From Dehalococcoidia bacterium (GTDB taxonomy: Bacteria > Chloroflexota > Dehalococcoidia > Plut-88900), in NCBI GenBank assembly GCA_965207225.1, contig CBDBLV010000005.1, forward strand, positions 1,984,001-2,048,000: a stretch of 64,000 nt of DNA, in the 5' to 3' direction. The position numbers and the translations under genes were made by a program. Within the stretch, counting starts at the first letter, position 1. Every line of letters begins with the position of its first letter. Below the pieces are notes generated by a model, which had not been told where the DNA came from, ran no database searches, and worked only from the letters and a program-made list of their open reading frames with translations. Below are positions 60,920 to 64,000 of this stretch, piece by piece.

Positions 60920-63900
60920 TCACGAAGGTGCCTCAGCTCGCGCCAGCAATTCCGGTAAGTCGTAATTCACGCTCGTCACCCCAAAGTCCGGCTCCCGGCG
61001 AAACGGCTGGCGAACGTAGTGGACCCGTTCTGTTTCTCCATTCTGGAACTCCACGATAGCCAAGATATAGTCCTCAGGCTTGTTGAGCGACGTGAGGACC
61101 TCGTTCTTAGTCACTGTCACCGTCGGCGCACCCTGAACTCTTCCCTTCACCTCGATGAACCGCAGCTTGCCTGTGCCGGGTACCCGGCTCTCGATGTCGT
61201 AGCCGAGCTTGTCCACCTCCCGGTCCACAGGCTCGAACCCTAGGTTGCGCTCCACCTCCATAATCACAGCCCTAGCCCGTGCAGCCGAGGCTTGGGTGTC
61301 AGGGGTCGTTGTAGACGTGCTGACCTCGCCCTTCATCTTGCGCAGGAGACCGGCAGGCACCACTAGCACTCCACCTAGCACCACGGGGGGCAGCGGAGAG
61401 AGCTGGCGCTCGCGTTGAATCTCATCCATCCGCTTCTGCAACCGTGCCTGAAGGTCGTCGGCTCTACGATGGGCTTCGGAGGAGTTGAGACGTGCATTTG
61501 GCTTTCCCGCCTGCTCTTGCATCTGGAGGTCTGCAGCCCGGTGGTCCCAGTAGGCTATTTCCTTGGTCAGGCGTTCCTTGACCGCGGCTTCGGTCTTCGA
61601 GAGAAGGCCCAGCTTCCGCGACCGTACCGATTCAAGATGACCAGGAACCAGATGGGACACGGCGTACCCCACGGCCTTGCTTTCGATGTCGCCGCCAATA
61701 AAGCCACACTCAGACCTAGCTACTATCTTCGCCACGGTAGGCTCATTGTCACCCAAGGGTCGGTAGTCGAGGTAAGGCGCATAGTCCTGTCCCACTGTCT
61801 CAAGCTCCGCATCCACTTCGATGTGGAGCATCCTCTTGGAGATGGTCCGCTGCTCTCCAGAGCGGGTGCGGCTTCCGTCTTGGATACTATGTTCCAAGTA
61901 GATGAGGGTACGCGGCTGGTCGCCGTCATCGTTGTCGTCCACCAGCACCGCGCTTTGGCGGAGCAGGTCACGGTGCCGCTCCAAGGTCAGGTCTATGGTG
62001 GCGTCCAGTAATGGATGACCGGGACAGACGAATGCTGCCGGAGGCTGGCCCTGGGGAGCCATCAGCGACTTCTCAAAAGTAATGCGCTCGTAGCGTTGGA
62101 GGACCGGCTCGCCCAGGCCAATCAGACGGTCGCGGTCACGCACCTGGGCCGGAACATGGGACACCTGATAGCGTCGGTGCTCACGCTCCGTAACCCTGCC
62201 CCCTAAACGGAGGAAGGCCTCCAGGAAGAAGGACTCGATGTAGTGTGGCTGGAGTCTTCTAACCTCCGCACGTTCCATCTCTTCCCGAATCCTGAGCACC
62301 TGGCTAGTATCCATCGATTCCTTTACGAGGGCAGACTCCTCAAGGAGGTCCTGGACCTGGCCTCTGTCAAATGCGTCACTGACCGCCTGTGTCAGCCTGG
62401 TTTGGACTTCAGGACGCTCCCCGTAACGAATGGCCTCCAACAGCAGCTCGCGCAGGGGCTTCCCGTCGAATTGCACCTTGCCCAAGACGTCGAATACTTG
62501 CCCACCCAGTGCTTTTCGGGCCTCCTCCAGCTTTTCCAGCAGAGTGTGGTAGACATCTCCTTCCCTGGTCTCCTCCGCGATCAGGTTCCACAGGTGGCAG
62601 ACCTCAGTCTGACCGATGCGGTGGATGCGCCCAAACCTCTGCTCAATGCGGTTCGGATTCCACGGAAGGTCGTAATTCACCATCAAGTGGGCACGCTGCA
62701 GGTTGATCCCCTCCGAGGCGGCGTCATTGGCCAGGAGTATCTTCACCTCGGGGTCGTGCAGGAATGATTCCTGGATAGCCCGTCTGTCCTCCCGCCCTAT
62801 GCCGCCATGAATCATCACCACAGCTTCCTGACGACCCAAGAGAGTGGTAATCCGCTGGTGAAGGTAGTTGAGGGTGTCTCTGTGTTCGGTAAAGATGACG
62901 AGCTTCTGATGGGGGGAGGGCGTGAATGATTCCTGATCCGCTGACGGTGCGTTCGTGAAGAACCTGTTGAGGAGACCAGCCAACTCCTGCCACTTCTTGT
63001 CTTCGCCGCTGGCCCGCACCTTTCCCGCCACCGATTCCAGCTGTCTCAAACTCCGAATCTCAGCATCAAGCTCATCTAACGTCCGCGCCGCCGTGGCGCG
63101 GTCCAGTATTTCCTCCTCGGCAGCGGTGGCCTCTTCATCCGGAGCGTCTTCCAAGTCCGCGATATCTTCGTCTTCCCATTCAGGGACGCTCGCCGATAGC
63201 GAGGCGGCGACTTCGGAGCCTCGCTGCAACAGCCGAAGCTCCCGGTGCCGGCTTTCCAGCCGTTCCTTACGTCTACGTAGAGACTGGTAGATGGCTTCCG
63301 GAGAGGATGCCAGCCGACGTTGGAGGATGGTCAGAGCAAACCCGACTGTCCCTGCTCGCTTATCGTTCTGAAGGGCCTCAGCCCGGTTGAACTCGTCCCG
63401 AACGTAGTCGGTCACCTCACGGTACAAGCGAGCTTCGCCGTCGGATAGCTTATAGGGAACTGCGTATGCGCGCCGCTCTGGGAACAGCGGCGTGGCATCG
63501 AACTTAAACAATCGTTCCTTGACCATGCGCCGCATCAAGTCTGAGACGTCTGCTGTATGCACACCATCCCTGAAGCGGCCCTCAAAACGGTCTCCATCAA
63601 GTAGGGACATGAACAGCTGGAAGTCCTCTTCCTTGCCGTTGTGTGGGGTCGCTGTCAGCAGCAAGAAGTGACGCGTGCGGGTCGAGAGCATCTGGCCCAG
63701 ACGGTGGCGTTTGGTGTACCTGACTTCGCCTCCGAAGAAGGAGGCCGACATCTTGTGCGCTTCATCGCAGACCACCAAGTCCCAACCGCCCTCTCGGGCA
63801 CGGAGCAGAGCTTGCACGTCCTCGTCCCGGGCGAGCTTGTCCAGTCGAGCTATCGCCAACGGCGTCTCAGAGAACCAGTTGCCCGTGCGAGCGGCCTCCA

Positions 63901-64000
63901 GCTTGTCGTTGGTCATAATCTCGAACGGTAGGTGGAACCGGCGATAGAGTTCATCCTGCCACTGCTCTGCAAGGCTTCCGGGGCATACAACGAGGCACCG
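60920..64000 (-). CDS. SNF2/SF2 helicase with C-terminal DUF3883 nuclease domain, 5'-truncated by window
   Basis: DEAHKM, TATPHNG, EGINLQ, PWNPNRIEQRFGRIHRIGQ; GYDIES...FIEVKG; frame open to the window end. Confidence 0.92.
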   Translation of the reverse strand, partial: RCLVVCPGSLAEQWQDELYRRFHLPFEIMTNDKLEAARTGNWFSETPLAIARLDKLARDEDVQALLRAREGGWDLVVCDEAHKMSASFFGGEVRYTKRHRLGQMLSTRTRHFLLLTATPHNGKEEDFQLFMSLLDGDRFEGRFRDGVHTADVSDLMRRMVKERLFKFDATPLFPERRAYAVPYKLSDGEARLYREVTDYVRDEFNRAEALQNDKRAGTVGFALTILQRRLASSPEAIYQSLRRRKERLESRHRELRLLQRGSEVAASLSASVPEWEDEDIADLEDAPDEEATAAEEEILDRATAARTLDELDAEIRSLRQLESVAGKVRASGEDKKWQELAGLLNRFFTNAPSADQESFTPSPHQKLVIFTEHRDTLNYLHQRITTLLGRQEAVVMIHGGIGREDRRAIQESFLHDPEVKILLANDAASEGINLQRAHLMVNYDLPWNPNRIEQRFGRIHRIGQTEVCHLWNLIAEETREGDVYHTLLEKLEEARKALGGQVFDVLGKVQFDGKPLRELLLEAIRYGERPEVQTRLTQAVSDAFDRGQVQDLLEESALVKESMDTSQVLRIREEMERAEVRRLQPHYIESFFLEAFLRLGGRVTEREHRRYQVSHVPAQVRDRDRLIGLGEPVLQRYERITFEKSLMAPQGQPPAAFVCPGHPLLDATIDLTLERHRDLLRQSAVLVDDNDDGDQPRTLIYLEHSIQDGSRTRSGEQRTISKRMLHIEVDAELETVGQDYAPYLDYRPLGDNEPTVAKIVARSECGFIGGDIESKAVGYAVSHLVPGHLESVRSRKLGLLSKTEAAVKERLTKEIAYWDHRAADLQMQEQAGKPNARLNSSEAHRRADDLQARLQKRMDEIQRERQLSPLPPVVLGGVLVVPAGLLRKMKGEVSTSTTTPDTQASAARARAVIMEVERNLGFEPVDREVDKLGYDIESRVPGTGKLRFIEVKGRVQGAPTVTVTKNEVLTSLNKPEDYILAIVEFQNGETERVHYVRQPFRREPDFGVTSVNYDLPELLARAEAPS

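Overview
GC-rich accessory region, with no rRNA, tRNA or CRISPR array seen. It is built from three serine-integrase elements and a broken anti-phage island; the host is possibly Chloroflexota/Dehalococcoidia (inference only). Element B' (partial, 1-6340, +) and element B (48342-59317, -) are paralogous small integrative elements with ~94% identical integrases but different cargo. Element A (19423-48350) is a ~29 kb ICE-like element with adhesins, toxin-antitoxin modules, a minimal T4SS (virB4 split by an IS21), VirD4, a Replic_Relax protein and its own integrase. Each integrase has attP inside its own 3' end. Both attP sites reconstruct to 52-bp imperfect palindromes centred on the same CC/GG dinucleotide of a tRNA-3'-like core (GGCCCACCA). 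Main finding: herA of a SIR2-HerA system, nested in an SNF2/DUF1156/DUF499 restriction-like island, is cut exactly at that dinucleotide. Its C-terminal part is fused in frame to integrase B' (6341-7945, +). Its N-terminal part lies 53 kb away on the opposite strand (59539-59312), fused to the missing integrase tail. Flipping 6338-59314 once restores intact herA, a co-linear defence operon and a complete attP, so this is a candidate integrase-driven inversion switch of a defence island. A and B also share non-coding motifs, which suggests B is a satellite of A.
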